From: Iamia sp.
GTDB lineage: Bacteria > Actinomycetota > Acidimicrobiia > Acidimicrobiales > Iamiaceae
Assembly (NCBI GenBank): GCA_052038315.1
Contig: JBQGCF010000064.1
Span: 3,289 to 67,288 of the forward strand
Direction of reading: 5' to 3'
Length of the DNA stretch: 64,000 nucleotides
Position 1 is the first letter of the stretch; every line of letters starts with the position of its first letter. The notes below the pieces were generated by a model. The model had not been told where the DNA came from and did not search any database. It saw only the letters and a list, made by a program, of their open reading frames with translations. Both the position numbers and the translations under genes were made by a program. Below, in pieces: positions 37,341-47,296 of the stretch.

Positions 37341-38630
37341 GTGAGAGTGCTGGGGAGCAGGGGGGACGCGGGCCGCGAGGTGCCCGACCGCGCCGCCGTG
37401 GCCGTGCCGCGCCACGGCCGGGTGCTGGTCGTGAGCGACCTCCACCTCGTGAGCCGGGCCGGCGAGGGGTCGCGGCGGGCCACCGAGGCGATCGCCGCCG
37501 CCGTCGCCGGCTGGAGCGGCCCCGGCGTGGTCGTGCTGGCCGGCGACTGCTTCGAGCTGCTGGCCGAGCCGCACCTCGACCCGGGCCTGGCCCTCGACGC
37601 CCACCCCGCGCTCACCTCCGCCCTGGCCGGCTTCACCGGTCCCGACCGCCACGTCGTCGTCCTGCCCGGCAACCACGACGGCGCCCTGGCCTGGCACGGC
37701 TCGGCCATCGCCACCGTGCGGGAGCGGCTCGGCGCCACCCTCGCACTGGGGCTCGACCTCGACCTCGACTGCGCCGCCGGGCCTCGCCGGGTGCGGGTCG
37801 AGCACGGCCACCAGCTCGACCCGGCCAACGCCTTCGTCGACCCCCGCGACCCGGCCGAGACGCCCCTCGGCCACCACGTCGTGCAGGACCTCCTCCCGCA
37901 GGTCGACGGGCTGACCCTCCGGCCGTGGGGCCAGGGCCTGGGCCTCATCGCCGACCCCCTCGACCTGCCGGCGCTGCTCGGCTCCCGCCTGCTCTACCGG
38001 CAGCTCCTGCCCGTGCTGGCGCTGGCCGCGGTGCCCTTCGCTGCCGCCGCCGGGCTGGCCCTGTCCGCCCTGGCCGGTGCCCCGACCGCAGCCGCCGCGA
38101 TCGTCGCCGCCGTCGTCGGCCTGGTCCTCGCCGTGGCGATCGTCGGCGGTGCCGCCTTCTGGGGCGGGGTCGGCTGGCGGGCCTTCCGAGGCTGGTCGCC
38201 CGACATGGGCGGGGGTGCCGAGCCCGGCAACGAGGCCGCCCACCGCCGGGCCGACGCCCTGGCCGCCGAGGGCATCGCCGCCTACGTCACCGGCCACACC
38301 CACATCCCCGAGCTGAGCGACCGGGGGCCGGTCGTCTACGCCAACCCCGGCTGCGGGGGCGGGCTGCTCCACCGGCGCCCCGGGCGGGGGCCGCTGCCGG
38401 CCGCCCACGTCGTGGCCCGGCACGTCTCGTGGGTCGAGGTCGAGGCCGGCGCCGAGCTGGTGGCCCGGCTGGTCTGGGGCCACGAGGAGGCGCCCGGCGC
38501 CACGCGGGCCGAGCGCTGGCTGACCCGTCCGGCGCCGCCGGCCCCGGTCGTGCCCACGGTGGTGGCCACCGTCGAGCGCCGGCCCGAGCCGGAGCCGCTC
38601 AGGCCGGTGGCGTCGTCGCCAGGGGGCTGA
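37341..38630 (+). CDS. Metallophosphoesterase with inserted TM helices
   Basis: SDLH, GDCFE, GNHD, EHGH, GHTH; start uncertain. Confidence 0.8.
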   Translation: MRVLGSRGDAGREVPDRAAVAVPRHGRVLVVSDLHLVSRAGEGSRRATEAIAAAVAGWSGPGVVVLAGDCFELLAEPHLDPGLALDAHPALTSALAGFTGPDRHVVVLPGNHDGALAWHGSAIATVRERLGATLALGLDLDLDCAAGPRRVRVEHGHQLDPANAFVDPRDPAETPLGHHVVQDLLPQVDGLTLRPWGQGLGLIADPLDLPALLGSRLLYRQLLPVLALAAVPFAAAAGLALSALAGAPTAAAAIVAAVVGLVLAVAIVGGAAFWGGVGWRAFRGWSPDMGGGAEPGNEAAHRRADALAAEGIAAYVTGHTHIPELSDRGPVVYANPGCGGGLLHRRPGRGPLPAAHVVARHVSWVEVEAGAELVARLVWGHEEAPGATRAERWLTRPAPPAPVVPTVVATVERRPEPEPLRPVASSPGG

Positions 38631-39414
38631 CGGCGGCCACCGCCGCGGCCAGGAACTGCTGGAGCTCGGCCTCGGTCGGCGCCGGGGTCAGCTCCTGGCC
38701 GTCGGCCCAGAAGCTCTGGGCGTTGAGGGCCACGACCAGCGTGCCGACCCGGGCCAGGGCCCACGCCGCCGTCTGGCCGTTGGTCGCCGTCTCCTCGGTG
38801 CGGGAGTAGGCCACGCTGGCGTCGCCGATCGTGTCCCAGCCCAGGCGGTTGACCGGCGAGGCGCCGCTGCTGCACTCGTCGACCGCGGCCTGGGCCACGG
38901 CCAGCTGGGCCTCGGCATCGGCCAGCGGTGCCACGACCAGCATCACCCGGGTGCTCTGGTCGGGCCGCTCGTAGCGGGCCAGGGCCCCACCGGCGGCGGC
39001 GCCCTCGTAGACGATCGGGGCCAGCGGGCTGGCCACCGCGCTGCCGTCGCAGACGGGGGCGGGGGCGCCGGCCGCCCCGGTCGGCGCGGTGGTGCGGGAC
39101 CACTCGCCGGCGCCCAGGGGCTCGGCGCCGGGCAGGGCCGCCTCCAGCTCCTCGGCGGTGGGGACGACGGCCGCCGGCGCCGTCGTGGTCGTCGTCGTGC
39201 TGGTGGTCGTCGTCTCCGGCTCGGGCTCGGTGGTGGTCGTCGTCGTGGTGGTCGTCTCGGGCTCGGTGATCTTCGGCTGCTCGGTCGTCGTGGCCGACAG
39301 CTCGATGCCACCGCTGCCGGTGGCCACCGGCTCCGGGTCGTCCTTGGAGCACGACGCCACGGCCAGGAGGGTGAGGGCGACGAGCACGGTGCGGGGGAGG
39401 GATCGTCGGTCCAT
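38599..39414 (-). CDS. Lipoprotein with Thr-rich linker (PknH-like sensor domain possible)
   Basis: MDRRSLPRTVLVALTLLAVASC lipobox, poly-Thr linker, Cys pair. Confidence 0.7.
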   Translation of the reverse strand: MDRRSLPRTVLVALTLLAVASCSKDDPEPVATGSGGIELSATTTEQPKITEPETTTTTTTTTEPEPETTTTSTTTTTTAPAAVVPTAEELEAALPGAEPLGAGEWSRTTAPTGAAGAPAPVCDGSAVASPLAPIVYEGAAAGGALARYERPDQSTRVMLVVAPLADAEAQLAVAQAAVDECSSGASPVNRLGWDTIGDASVAYSRTEETATNGQTAAWALARVGTLVVALNAQSFWADGQELTPAPTEAELQQFLAAAVAAVSPLATTPPA

Positions 39415-39454
39415 GGGGGAACGGATCGGCCGTCGAGGTGCCAGCATGAGGGCC

Positions 39455-40171
39455 ATGGCCGACGACCGCCTCTACTTCCGCCAGCTGCTCGCCGGGATGG
39501 ACGTCGCCGAGGACGACCGCATCGCCCAGCAGATGGTCAACTTCGTCTACCTCGTGGGCGACCGCGAGACGGGCGAGGCGGTCGCCGTGGACCTGGCCTA
39601 CGACGTCCCCGGCATCCTCGACCTGCTGGAGGCCGACGGCATGCGCCTGACCGGCACGCTGGCCACCCACTACCACCCCGACCACGTGGGCGGGAGCCTG
39701 ATGGGGAACCCCATCGCCGGCATCGCCGAGCTGCTCGACCGCACCGACGTGCCCGTCCACGTCCAGGCCGACGAGGTCGAGTGGGTCACCAAGGCCACCG
39801 GGGTCGGCGCCGACCACCTCGTCGGCCACGCCAGCGGCGACACGGTCATGGTCGGCGAGATCCCGATCACCCTGATCCACACGCCGGGCCACACCCCCGG
39901 CAGCCAGTGCTTCCTGGTCGAGGGGAAGCTGCTCGGCGGCGACACCCTCTTCCTCGACGGCTGCGGCCGCACCGACCTGCCCGGCAGCGACCCGGAGCAG
40001 ATGTACCTGTCGCGCACCCAGCGGCTGAGCCAGGTGCCCGACGACGCCGTCCTGTACCCCGGTCACCTCTACTCCGAGAAGCCCGCCGCGGCGATGGGCG
40101 AGGTCCGCCAGCGGAACGTCGTGTTCCGCCCGCAGACCCAGGAGCAGTGGATGATGATGTTCGCCCGCTGA
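39455..40171 (+). CDS. MBL-fold metallo-hydrolase (glyoxalase II-like)
   Basis: THYHPDHVGG, TPGHTPG, GDTLF, YPGH. Confidence 0.9.
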   Translation: MADDRLYFRQLLAGMDVAEDDRIAQQMVNFVYLVGDRETGEAVAVDLAYDVPGILDLLEADGMRLTGTLATHYHPDHVGGSLMGNPIAGIAELLDRTDVPVHVQADEVEWVTKATGVGADHLVGHASGDTVMVGEIPITLIHTPGHTPGSQCFLVEGKLLGGDTLFLDGCGRTDLPGSDPEQMYLSRTQRLSQVPDDAVLYPGHLYSEKPAAAMGEVRQRNVVFRPQTQEQWMMMFAR

Positions 40172-40188
40172 TCCCCCCTGGAGCCCGT

Positions 40189-40905
40189 GTGACCGATCCC
40201 GTCGAGCCCGCCACCACCCTGTCCGTCGAGCTCGACGGCGGCGCCATGGACCTGCCCGTGTGGCTGCCCCCGTCGGGGAGCGGGCCGGGCATCGTCCTGG
40301 TCCAGGAGATCTTCGGGGTCGGCGAGTGGATCCGGGCGGTGGCCACCGAGCTGGCCGCCGAGGGCTACGTCGTCGGCGCCCCCGACCTCTACTGGCGGAT
40401 CGAGCCCGGCTGGGCCGCGGCCCACGACGAGGAGGGGCTGGGCCAGGCCTACGAGATGGTCGGCCGGCTCGACGTCCCCGGCGCGGTGGGCGACACCGTC
40501 GCCGCCCTCACGACCCTGGGCGAGCACGAGGCCGTCACCGGTGGCGTCGCCGTCCTCGGCTACTGCCTGGGCGGCACCATCGCCTGGCTGGCCGCCGCCC
40601 AGGGCGATCCGGCGGCGTGCGTCTCGTACTACGGCTCGGGCGTGGCCGACGCCGCCGAGCTGGTCGCCTCGATCACCTGCCCCGCGCTCCTCCACTTCGG
40701 CGGGGCCGACCCCTTCATCTCGGCCGAGCAGGTCGCGGTGGTGGGCGCTGCGGTCGACACCGTCGAGCACGTCGAGCTGGTCGTCCACGGCGGCGCCGGC
40801 CACGCCTTCGAGAACGACCGGGCCGCCCAGTTCCACGACCCCGCCGCCACCGCCGTCAGCCGCGCCCAGACCTTGGAGTTCCTGAGGACGCACCTGCCCG
40901 GTTAG
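40189..40905 (+). CDS. Dienelactone hydrolase family protein
   Basis: QEIFGV, PDLYWR, GYCLGG, HFGGAD, GHAF. Confidence 0.9.
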   Translation: MTDPVEPATTLSVELDGGAMDLPVWLPPSGSGPGIVLVQEIFGVGEWIRAVATELAAEGYVVGAPDLYWRIEPGWAAAHDEEGLGQAYEMVGRLDVPGAVGDTVAALTTLGEHEAVTGGVAVLGYCLGGTIAWLAAAQGDPAACVSYYGSGVADAAELVASITCPALLHFGGADPFISAEQVAVVGAAVDTVEHVELVVHGGAGHAFENDRAAQFHDPAATAVSRAQTLEFLRTHLPG

Positions 40906-42737
40906 TCGACCGGGGCGGAGCTCGCCTCTCCGGTCTGGACGCGCCAGAGGGCGGCGTAGAGACCGGCGGCGGCGACGAGGTCGTCGTGGGTGCCCGACTC
41001 GACGACCCGGCCGCGCTCCAGGACGTGGATGCGGTCGGCGTGGCGCACGGTCGACAGGCGATGGGCGATGACGACGACGCTGCGGTCGCGGCCGACCGCC
41101 TCCAGCGAGCGCTGGATCGCGGCCTCGGTCTCGTTGTCGACCGCCGAGGTGGCCTCGTCGAGCACGAGGATCCGGGGGTCGCGGAGGATGGCCCGGGCGA
41201 TCGACAGGCGTTGGCGCTGCCCGCCCGACAGCTTCTGGCCCCGCTCGCCGACGATGGTGTCGTAGCCCCGGGGGAGGCCCTGCACGAAGTCGTCGGCCTC
41301 GGCGAGCCGGCAGGCGGCGACCACGTCCTCGAGCGGGGCGTCGGGCCGGCCGTAGGCCACGTTCTCCCGCACGGTGCCCTGGAAGAGGAAGACGTCCTGG
41401 CCGACGTAGCCCATGGCGCCGCGCAGCGCCGGGAAGGTGAGGTCGCGGACGTCGACGCCGTCGAGGCGGATCGCCCCGGCGGTCGGCTCGTACAGCCGCA
41501 GGAGGAGCTTGACGACGGTGGACTTGCCGGCGCCGGTCGAGCCGACGATGGCGTGGGTCTCGCCCGCCGGGACGTGGAGGTCGAAGCCCCGCAGGACGGG
41601 AGAGCCGTCGCCATAGGCGAAGTCGACGGCGTCGAAGCGGATCTCGCCCCGGCCGTCGGCCGGCAGGGTGGCGGCGCCGGGCGTGATGGTGGGCTGCACG
41701 GCGAGGAGGTCGAGGATGCGCCGGGTCGAGGCCATGGCCCGCTGGTAGAGGTCGAAGGTCTCGCCCAGGCGGGTCAGCGGCCACAGCAGCCGCTGGGTCA
41801 TGTAGACGAGCACCGAGAAGATGCCGATGTTGAGGTCGCCCCGCAGCGCGGCCCGGCCGCCGACGATCAGGGTGGCGGTGAAGGCCACCAGGATCGCCAT
41901 GCGGATGATGGGGATGAAGGCCGACGACAGGCGGATCGCCTCGCCGTTGGCCTCCCGGTAGCCCTGGCTGGCCGCCTCGACCCGGGCCACCTCGCGGCGC
42001 TCGGCGGTGAAGGCCCGGATGGTCGCGATGCCCGAGAGGTTGCCGGCCAGCAGCCCGCCGACGTCGGCTGCGGCCTGGCGGACCTTGGCGTAGCGGGGCT
42101 CCAGCCGGCGCTGGAAGAGGATCGAGCCCCAGATGATCACCGGGATGGGCACGAAGGCGAACAGGCCCAGCTCGGGGGCGGCGACGAAGAACACGGCACC
42201 GACGAAGACCACGTTGACGAAGGTGGCCAGGATGTCGATGGCGCCGATGTCGAGGAAGCGCTCGAGCTGGTTGACGTCGTCGTTGAGGATCGACAGCAGC
42301 CCGCCGGTGGACTGGTCCTCGAACCAGGCCAGCTCCAGGTCCTGGACGTGGGCGTAGGCGTCCATCCGGGCCTCGTGCTCGATCGTCTGGGCCAGGTTGC
42401 GCCACAGCAGGTGGGCGACCCAGTCCGAGCCCGACTCGACCAGCCACACCAGCACGTTGACCACCGCCAGGGCGGTGAGCTGGCCGGTCAGGCTCTCGAT
42501 GCCGAGGACCTCGCCGACGAGCGACTCCTTCCGGCGGACCACCACGTCGACCGCCGCCCCGATGAGCAGCTCGGGCATGACGTCGGCCAGCTTGTTGAGC
42601 ACGGTGACGGCGATGGCCGCCACGACCTGGCGCCGGTGCCCCCGGGCGTAGGCCCACAGCCGTCGCAGCGGGCTGTGGCCGGCGTCGGCGACGGGGACGC
42701 GTTGCTGGCCCGGTCGCCTCGCTGCGCTCGTCTCCAC
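40902..42737 (-). CDS. ABC transporter, fused permease/ATP-binding (exporter)
   Basis: TM domain; GSTGAGKST, LSGGQRQR, LVLDEATS, IAHRLST. Confidence 0.93.
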   Translation of the reverse strand: METSAARRPGQQRVPVADAGHSPLRRLWAYARGHRRQVVAAIAVTVLNKLADVMPELLIGAAVDVVVRRKESLVGEVLGIESLTGQLTALAVVNVLVWLVESGSDWVAHLLWRNLAQTIEHEARMDAYAHVQDLELAWFEDQSTGGLLSILNDDVNQLERFLDIGAIDILATFVNVVFVGAVFFVAAPELGLFAFVPIPVIIWGSILFQRRLEPRYAKVRQAAADVGGLLAGNLSGIATIRAFTAERREVARVEAASQGYREANGEAIRLSSAFIPIIRMAILVAFTATLIVGGRAALRGDLNIGIFSVLVYMTQRLLWPLTRLGETFDLYQRAMASTRRILDLLAVQPTITPGAATLPADGRGEIRFDAVDFAYGDGSPVLRGFDLHVPAGETHAIVGSTGAGKSTVVKLLLRLYEPTAGAIRLDGVDVRDLTFPALRGAMGYVGQDVFLFQGTVRENVAYGRPDAPLEDVVAACRLAEADDFVQGLPRGYDTIVGERGQKLSGGQRQRLSIARAILRDPRILVLDEATSAVDNETEAAIQRSLEAVGRDRSVVVIAHRLSTVRHADRIHVLERGRVVESGTHDDLVAAAGLYAALWRVQTGEASSAPVD

Positions 42738-42759
42738 CCCGGAACCATACGGAGACGGG

Positions 42760-43695
42760 CTAGCGGTACGCCTCCGGGTTCGCCGGGAGGCCCGGGTCCT
42801 GGACCTCGACGAGGTAGCGCCAGCAGTCGGGGCGGCTGCCGTCGAGGTCGGTGAAGCCGTACTCCTGGGCCAGCTGCCCCGACGAGAGCGACGCCTGGTT
42901 CCAGCGGGCCCGCTCGGGGTCCGCGGCCAGCGCGGCCACGGCTCGCCCGACGAACCGGGGCGACTCCGAGATCCCGAAGTGCTTGGGGTCGGGGAACGGC
43001 TCCTGGTGGGGCTGGTCCATGACCTCCCGCCAGGTCTCCTCGGTGACGCCGTAGTGCTCGAGCATCATCTCGGACCGCAGCCAGCCGGGCGTCAGCGTGA
43101 CGGCGGTGCCGCCGTGCGGGGCGAGCTCGTGGCCCAGCGCCCACCCCATCCGCAGGACCGACCACTTGGCCAGGTCGTAGAAGAGCGACACCCGGTAGTT
43201 GGCGGTGTTGTACTCGAGCGTCCCGTCGGTCATCTCGACGACGAGGCCTCCGGGCTCGCGGACCAGCAACGGCAGGGCGTGGTGGCTGGTGACCAGGTGG
43301 GTGTCGATCGCCAGCTCGAGCAGGTGCCGGCCCTTGGCCAGGTCCTGCCCCCACACCGGCGACTCCCAGTCCATCAGGGTCTCGCCGCCCCAGATGTCGT
43401 TGACGAGGACGTCGAGCCGTCCGGAGTCCCGATCGATGCGGGCGACCAGATCGGCCACCTGCTCGGACTCGAGGTGGTCGACCCGCACCGCCGTCGCCGT
43501 CCCCCCGGCCGCCTCGACCAGCTCGGCGGTCTCCTCGATCGTCTCGTCCCGGTCGTACTCGGACCGGTGCTCGCGGGTCGTGCGCCCGGTCACCCAGACG
43601 TGGGCGCCGGCGGCACCCAGCTCGATGGCGATGCCCCGACCGGCGCCCCGCGTCCCGCCGGCGACCAGTGCGACCTTCCCGTCCAGCGCTCCCAT
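42760..43695 (-). CDS. SDR family oxidoreductase
   Basis: VALVAGGTRGAGRGIA, LVNDIWGG, YDLAK. Confidence 0.9.
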   Translation of the reverse strand: MGALDGKVALVAGGTRGAGRGIAIELGAAGAHVWVTGRTTREHRSEYDRDETIEETAELVEAAGGTATAVRVDHLESEQVADLVARIDRDSGRLDVLVNDIWGGETLMDWESPVWGQDLAKGRHLLELAIDTHLVTSHHALPLLVREPGGLVVEMTDGTLEYNTANYRVSLFYDLAKWSVLRMGWALGHELAPHGGTAVTLTPGWLRSEMMLEHYGVTEETWREVMDQPHQEPFPDPKHFGISESPRFVGRAVAALAADPERARWNQASLSSGQLAQEYGFTDLDGSRPDCWRYLVEVQDPGLPANPEAYR

Positions 43696-43711
43696 GGCTC
43701 CTCCTCGTATA

Positions 43712-43729
43712 TGAACAACCATTCGTTTA
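43712..43729. promoter_or_regulatory. Putative TetR operator
   Basis: AT-rich imperfect palindrome TGAAC-N8-GTTTA between the divergent SDR and TetR genes. Confidence 0.55.
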
Positions 43730-43744
43730 CTAACATCCACGCCG

Positions 43745-44338
43745 ATGCCCCGCAAGCGCACGATCCCCGACGAGGCGATCCTCGACGCCGCCCTCCGCAT
43801 CGCCGAGACGGCGGGCCCGGCGGCGCTGACCTTCCAGGCGCTGTCGGCCGAGGCGGGGCTGGCCCCGGCCACCCTCGTCCAGCGGTTCGGGACCAAGGCC
43901 GCCCTGCTCCAGGCCGCCCTGCTGCGGGCCTGGGACCTGCTCGACGCGGCCACCACCGAGGCCGATGCGGGGGCCGGCGACGGGCCCGACGGCGTCGTCT
44001 CGATGCTGGTGGCGCTGGCCGGCCAGTACGACCCGAGCGAGGAGGCCGACCAGATCCTCCTGCTGCGCGAGGACCTGCGCGACCCGGTGCTGCGGGCCCG
44101 GGGCCAGGCGTGGATCGCCACCCTCGAGGCGGCGGTCGAGCGACGGCTGCCCGACGCCCCGCCGGGGGTGGGGCGGATGGTCGTGTCGCTCTGGCAGGGC
44201 GCCCTGACCGTGTGGCAGTTCCACCGGGACGGGGAGCTCGACCGCGCCCTCGGGGACGCCGTCGCCGCCCTCCTCACGGCCCTCGGCCAGCCCGTCAGCC
44301 GACCGCGTCGACGAGCAGGTACGCCGCCACCACGGTGA
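43745..44338 (+). CDS. TetR family transcriptional regulator
   Basis: ILDAAL...LTFQALSAEAGLAPATLVQRFGTK. Confidence 0.9.
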   Translation: MPRKRTIPDEAILDAALRIAETAGPAALTFQALSAEAGLAPATLVQRFGTKAALLQAALLRAWDLLDAATTEADAGAGDGPDGVVSMLVALAGQYDPSEEADQILLLREDLRDPVLRARGQAWIATLEAAVERRLPDAPPGVGRMVVSLWQGALTVWQFHRDGELDRALGDAVAALLTALGQPVSRPRRRAGTPPPR

Positions 44339-45026
44339 TGGCGCCGAGGTAGAGGGTCCGGAAGCGCGTCTCGCTCATCCGGTCGAGGACCCTGCTGCCG
44401 AGGTGGGTGCCGACCACGACCCCGGCGATCCCGGCGACCACGGCCGGGAGGTGCTCGGTCGGGGCCAGCCCGGCCACGCCGAAGAGGGCCAGCTTGGCCA
44501 GGTGGGCGGCGACCTGGGTGCCGGCGAAGGTCCCGACGAAGCGCTGCCGGGTGGTGGCCGCGGCCCGGAAGAGGGGGGCGAAGAGGGGACCGGTCGCCCC
44601 GACGAGCGGGCTGAGGGCGCCGGTCGCGCCGCCGACCGCGACCCAGCCGGCGGGGCTCGGGGCCGGGACCTCGATGTCGGTCCGCTCGGGCACCCACGTC
44701 CCGAGCAGCACCACGACGGCGATGACCGCCTGGAGCACCCCCTCGGGCGCGGCCCGGGCGAGGGGGACGGTGAGGGCGCCGGCGGGGAGCAGGAGGAGCG
44801 AGGTCAGCCCGACGACCCGCCAGTCGACGTCGTGGCGCCGGATCACCACCCGGGTGCCGTTCGAGGCGACCTGGATGGCGGCCTGGAGCGGGATGGCCAC
44901 GAGCGGGTCGACGAACAGCAGGAGCAGGGCCAGGAGCACGAGCCCGCCGCCGAAGCCGACCATGGCGGTGAGGGCGGAGGTGCCGAGGGCCCCGAGCCCG
45001 ACCAGCAGCACCTCTCCTCCGTCCAC
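44295..45026 (-). CDS. Sulfite exporter TauE/SafE family
   Basis: GFGGG, QVASN, GATGP, GTHLG; highly hydrophobic. Confidence 0.85.
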   Translation of the reverse strand: MDGGEVLLVGLGALGTSALTAMVGFGGGLVLLALLLLFVDPLVAIPLQAAIQVASNGTRVVIRRHDVDWRVVGLTSLLLLPAGALTVPLARAAPEGVLQAVIAVVVLLGTWVPERTDIEVPAPSPAGWVAVGGATGALSPLVGATGPLFAPLFRAAATTRQRFVGTFAGTQVAAHLAKLALFGVAGLAPTEHLPAVVAGIAGVVVGTHLGSRVLDRMSETRFRTLYLGAITVVAAYLLVDAVG

Positions 45027-45048
45027 CGCACCTGTCTACTACTTGTAT

Positions 45049-45876
45049 CTAAGTTGTGCCAGACATGTGACGCCGATGGGTGTCGTCGGGGTTGCGGGCC
45101 CAGGCGGCCCAGGCGTGGTCGAAGGCGCGGCGCCAGTTCCGGTGGACGGCGCGGAGGGCGGGGCCGGGCCAGTGGGCGGGCAGCAGGTCGGCGGGCAGGA
45201 GCGGGTCGGCCTGGAGGTGGCGGAGCACGGCGGCCGAGAGCACGAAGCCCTCGGGCAGGGCCGAGCGGTCGCCGGTGGCCAGGCCCGGACGGGTGCGGTC
45301 GAGGGCGTCGAGCAGGCGCTCGGCCCGGGCCGCCCAGCCGGTCAGGTCCCAGAGCCGGGCGGCCAGGGCGACCCCGTCGTCGTCCGGCCGGGCGGTGAAG
45401 CGCTCGCACTGGGCCGCGACCACGGCCTCGGCCTCGGGCAGGGCCCCGGCCGGGAGGTTGTCGGGGCGCAGCCAGACGCCCTCGCGCCGCTCGGCCAGGC
45501 GGAGCGCCTCGGCGGCCCGGCGGAGGGCGGCCCGATCGGCGGCGGCCCGGGCCTCGCCGACCACGACGGCCATCGCCCACCCGGTCGCCGGCGTCCACGG
45601 CCGGGTCGGCGCCCCGGCGCTCAGGTCCTGGCGGGCGGAGCGGTCGAGGAGGGCGCCGGTCAGGCCGTAGCCCCCGTCGGTCGCCTCCAGCTCGCCGGCC
45701 GCCACCATCCGGCTGATCGCCACCCGGGCGGTGCCGTCGCTGATGCCGAACAGGGCGCAGGCGCCGACGAGCTGCCGGGTGGGCAGCCGGGGCGGGCGGA
45801 CGCCGAGCAGGGTCGAGGCCACGACCGACCGCGCCGTCAGGGCCCGCTCCTCGGCGGGCGTCCAGGGGCCGCTCAC
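45049..45876 (-). CDS. PaaX-family transcriptional regulator
   Basis: LTARSVVASTLLG, FGISDGTARVAISRMV, REGVWLRPDN, DPLLPADLLPAHWPG. Confidence 0.88.
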   Translation of the reverse strand: MSGPWTPAEERALTARSVVASTLLGVRPPRLPTRQLVGACALFGISDGTARVAISRMVAAGELEATDGGYGLTGALLDRSARQDLSAGAPTRPWTPATGWAMAVVVGEARAAADRAALRRAAEALRLAERREGVWLRPDNLPAGALPEAEAVVAAQCERFTARPDDDGVALAARLWDLTGWAARAERLLDALDRTRPGLATGDRSALPEGFVLSAAVLRHLQADPLLPADLLPAHWPGPALRAVHRNWRRAFDHAWAAWARNPDDTHRRHMSGTT

Positions 45877-46193
45877 CCGGCGTCGTCCTCCAGGGCCCGG
45901 CCCAGGTCCTCGATCACCCGGGCGGTCCCCTGCGGACCCGACACGATCACCGCGGTCTCGCCCACCCCGGCCACGGCGACGGTCACGGCCCGCTTCGGGC
46001 AGACGTCGAGGCAGCTCACGGCGGCGACCCGCACCGCCTTGGCCGGCAGCTCGGCCTTGGCCCCCGTCTTGAGCGCCCTGCGCACCTGCTTCGGCCCGAA
46101 CCCCCGGACGCCGTCGCACTCCCGGCACACCAGGACCAGCGACGAGCGCCAGGGGCGCCGGACCGGGCGGGGGGCGTCGTCGGGGGTCCGCAT
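45873..46193 (-). CDS. Thioredoxin-like (2Fe-2S) ferredoxin domain protein
   Basis: LVLVCREC...SCLDVCP; GTGA coupling to the PaaX-like gene. Confidence 0.65.
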   Translation of the reverse strand: MRTPDDAPRPVRRPWRSSLVLVCRECDGVRGFGPKQVRRALKTGAKAELPAKAVRVAAVSCLDVCPKRAVTVAVAGVGETAVIVSGPQGTARVIEDLGRALEDDAG

Positions 46194-46270
46194 CGGGCCA
46201 GCATACGGGGCTCGCGGTGAACGGCATTACGGGGTGGTCACGGACGATCTCGATCTGTAACATCACCACC

Positions 46271-47251
46271 GTGGCCGCCACCCTCGATGCTCCCCGGACG
46301 ATGGTCCCGCCGCCCGAGCGGCTGCCCGACGTGCTGCCCACCGACCGCCTCGGCGTCACCGGCAAGGCCGTCCCCGAGATCCGGTCCGAGCTGAGGCGCA
46401 TCCCGGTCGCCCGCAACGTGGCCGCCATCGGCAGCGTCTACGCCCAGTCGGCCGGTCTGATCGCCCTCGCCGCCTGGATCGGCCACCCGCTGGCCTACGT
46501 CGCCGCCTTCGTCTGGATGGGCCGCACCCACGCCACCTTCGCCGCCCTCTCCCACGAGGCCGCCCACCGGCTGCTGTTCCCGAACAAGAAGGTGAACGAC
46601 TGGGTCGGGCGCTGGATCGTCGGCTACCCGGGCTTCATCTCCACCGACCTGTACCGGCGGGGCCACATGGCCCACCACAAGGAGGAGTTCGGGCCCAACG
46701 AGCCCGACATGAACCTCTACGTCGGCTACCCGGTCAGCCGGGCCTCGCTGCGCCGCAAGCTGACCCGGGACGCCCTCGGCAAGAGCGGCTGGAAGAACCT
46801 GCGCTCGCTCCTCCGGGGCGCCCGCATGAAGGCCTTCGGCAAGCACGCCCGCCGCATCCTCTACTGCCAGGCCGTCTTCCTCCTCGTCGCCACCGCGTTC
46901 GGCCGGCCCGAGCTCTACCTCCTGTGGTTCGTCCCGTGGATGACCGAGTGGCGGGTGATCAACCGGCTCCGCGCCATCGCCGAGCACGGCGGCATGGAGC
47001 ACTCCAAGGACCGCCGCCGTACCACCCACTCGGTGCGCCAGCACCTGCTCTCGCGCTTCTTCCTCGTGCCGGACAACATCGGTTGGCACCTCGCCCACCA
47101 CGTCGACATGGGCGTGCCGTGGCGCAACCTCCCCAAGATGCACACCGAGCTGCGGGCCAGCGGCTGGGTCCCCGACGACCTCGAGCACGAGAGCTACCTC
47201 GCCCTCTGGAAGGCCCTCGCCGCCGGCCAGGAGCACCCCCGCCCCACCTGA
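46271..47251 (+). CDS. Membrane fatty acid desaturase
   Basis: His boxes HEAAH, HMAHH, HLAHH plus AEH; TAACAT 7 nt upstream of the GTG. Confidence 0.88.
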   Translation: MAATLDAPRTMVPPPERLPDVLPTDRLGVTGKAVPEIRSELRRIPVARNVAAIGSVYAQSAGLIALAAWIGHPLAYVAAFVWMGRTHATFAALSHEAAHRLLFPNKKVNDWVGRWIVGYPGFISTDLYRRGHMAHHKEEFGPNEPDMNLYVGYPVSRASLRRKLTRDALGKSGWKNLRSLLRGARMKAFGKHARRILYCQAVFLLVATAFGRPELYLLWFVPWMTEWRVINRLRAIAEHGGMEHSKDRRRTTHSVRQHLLSRFFLVPDNIGWHLAHHVDMGVPWRNLPKMHTELRASGWVPDDLEHESYLALWKALAAGQEHPRPT

Positions 47252-47296
47252 CCTAGGGTCCGCGCCCGAACGGGTGAGGGCAAGGGGGGTCGTGCG

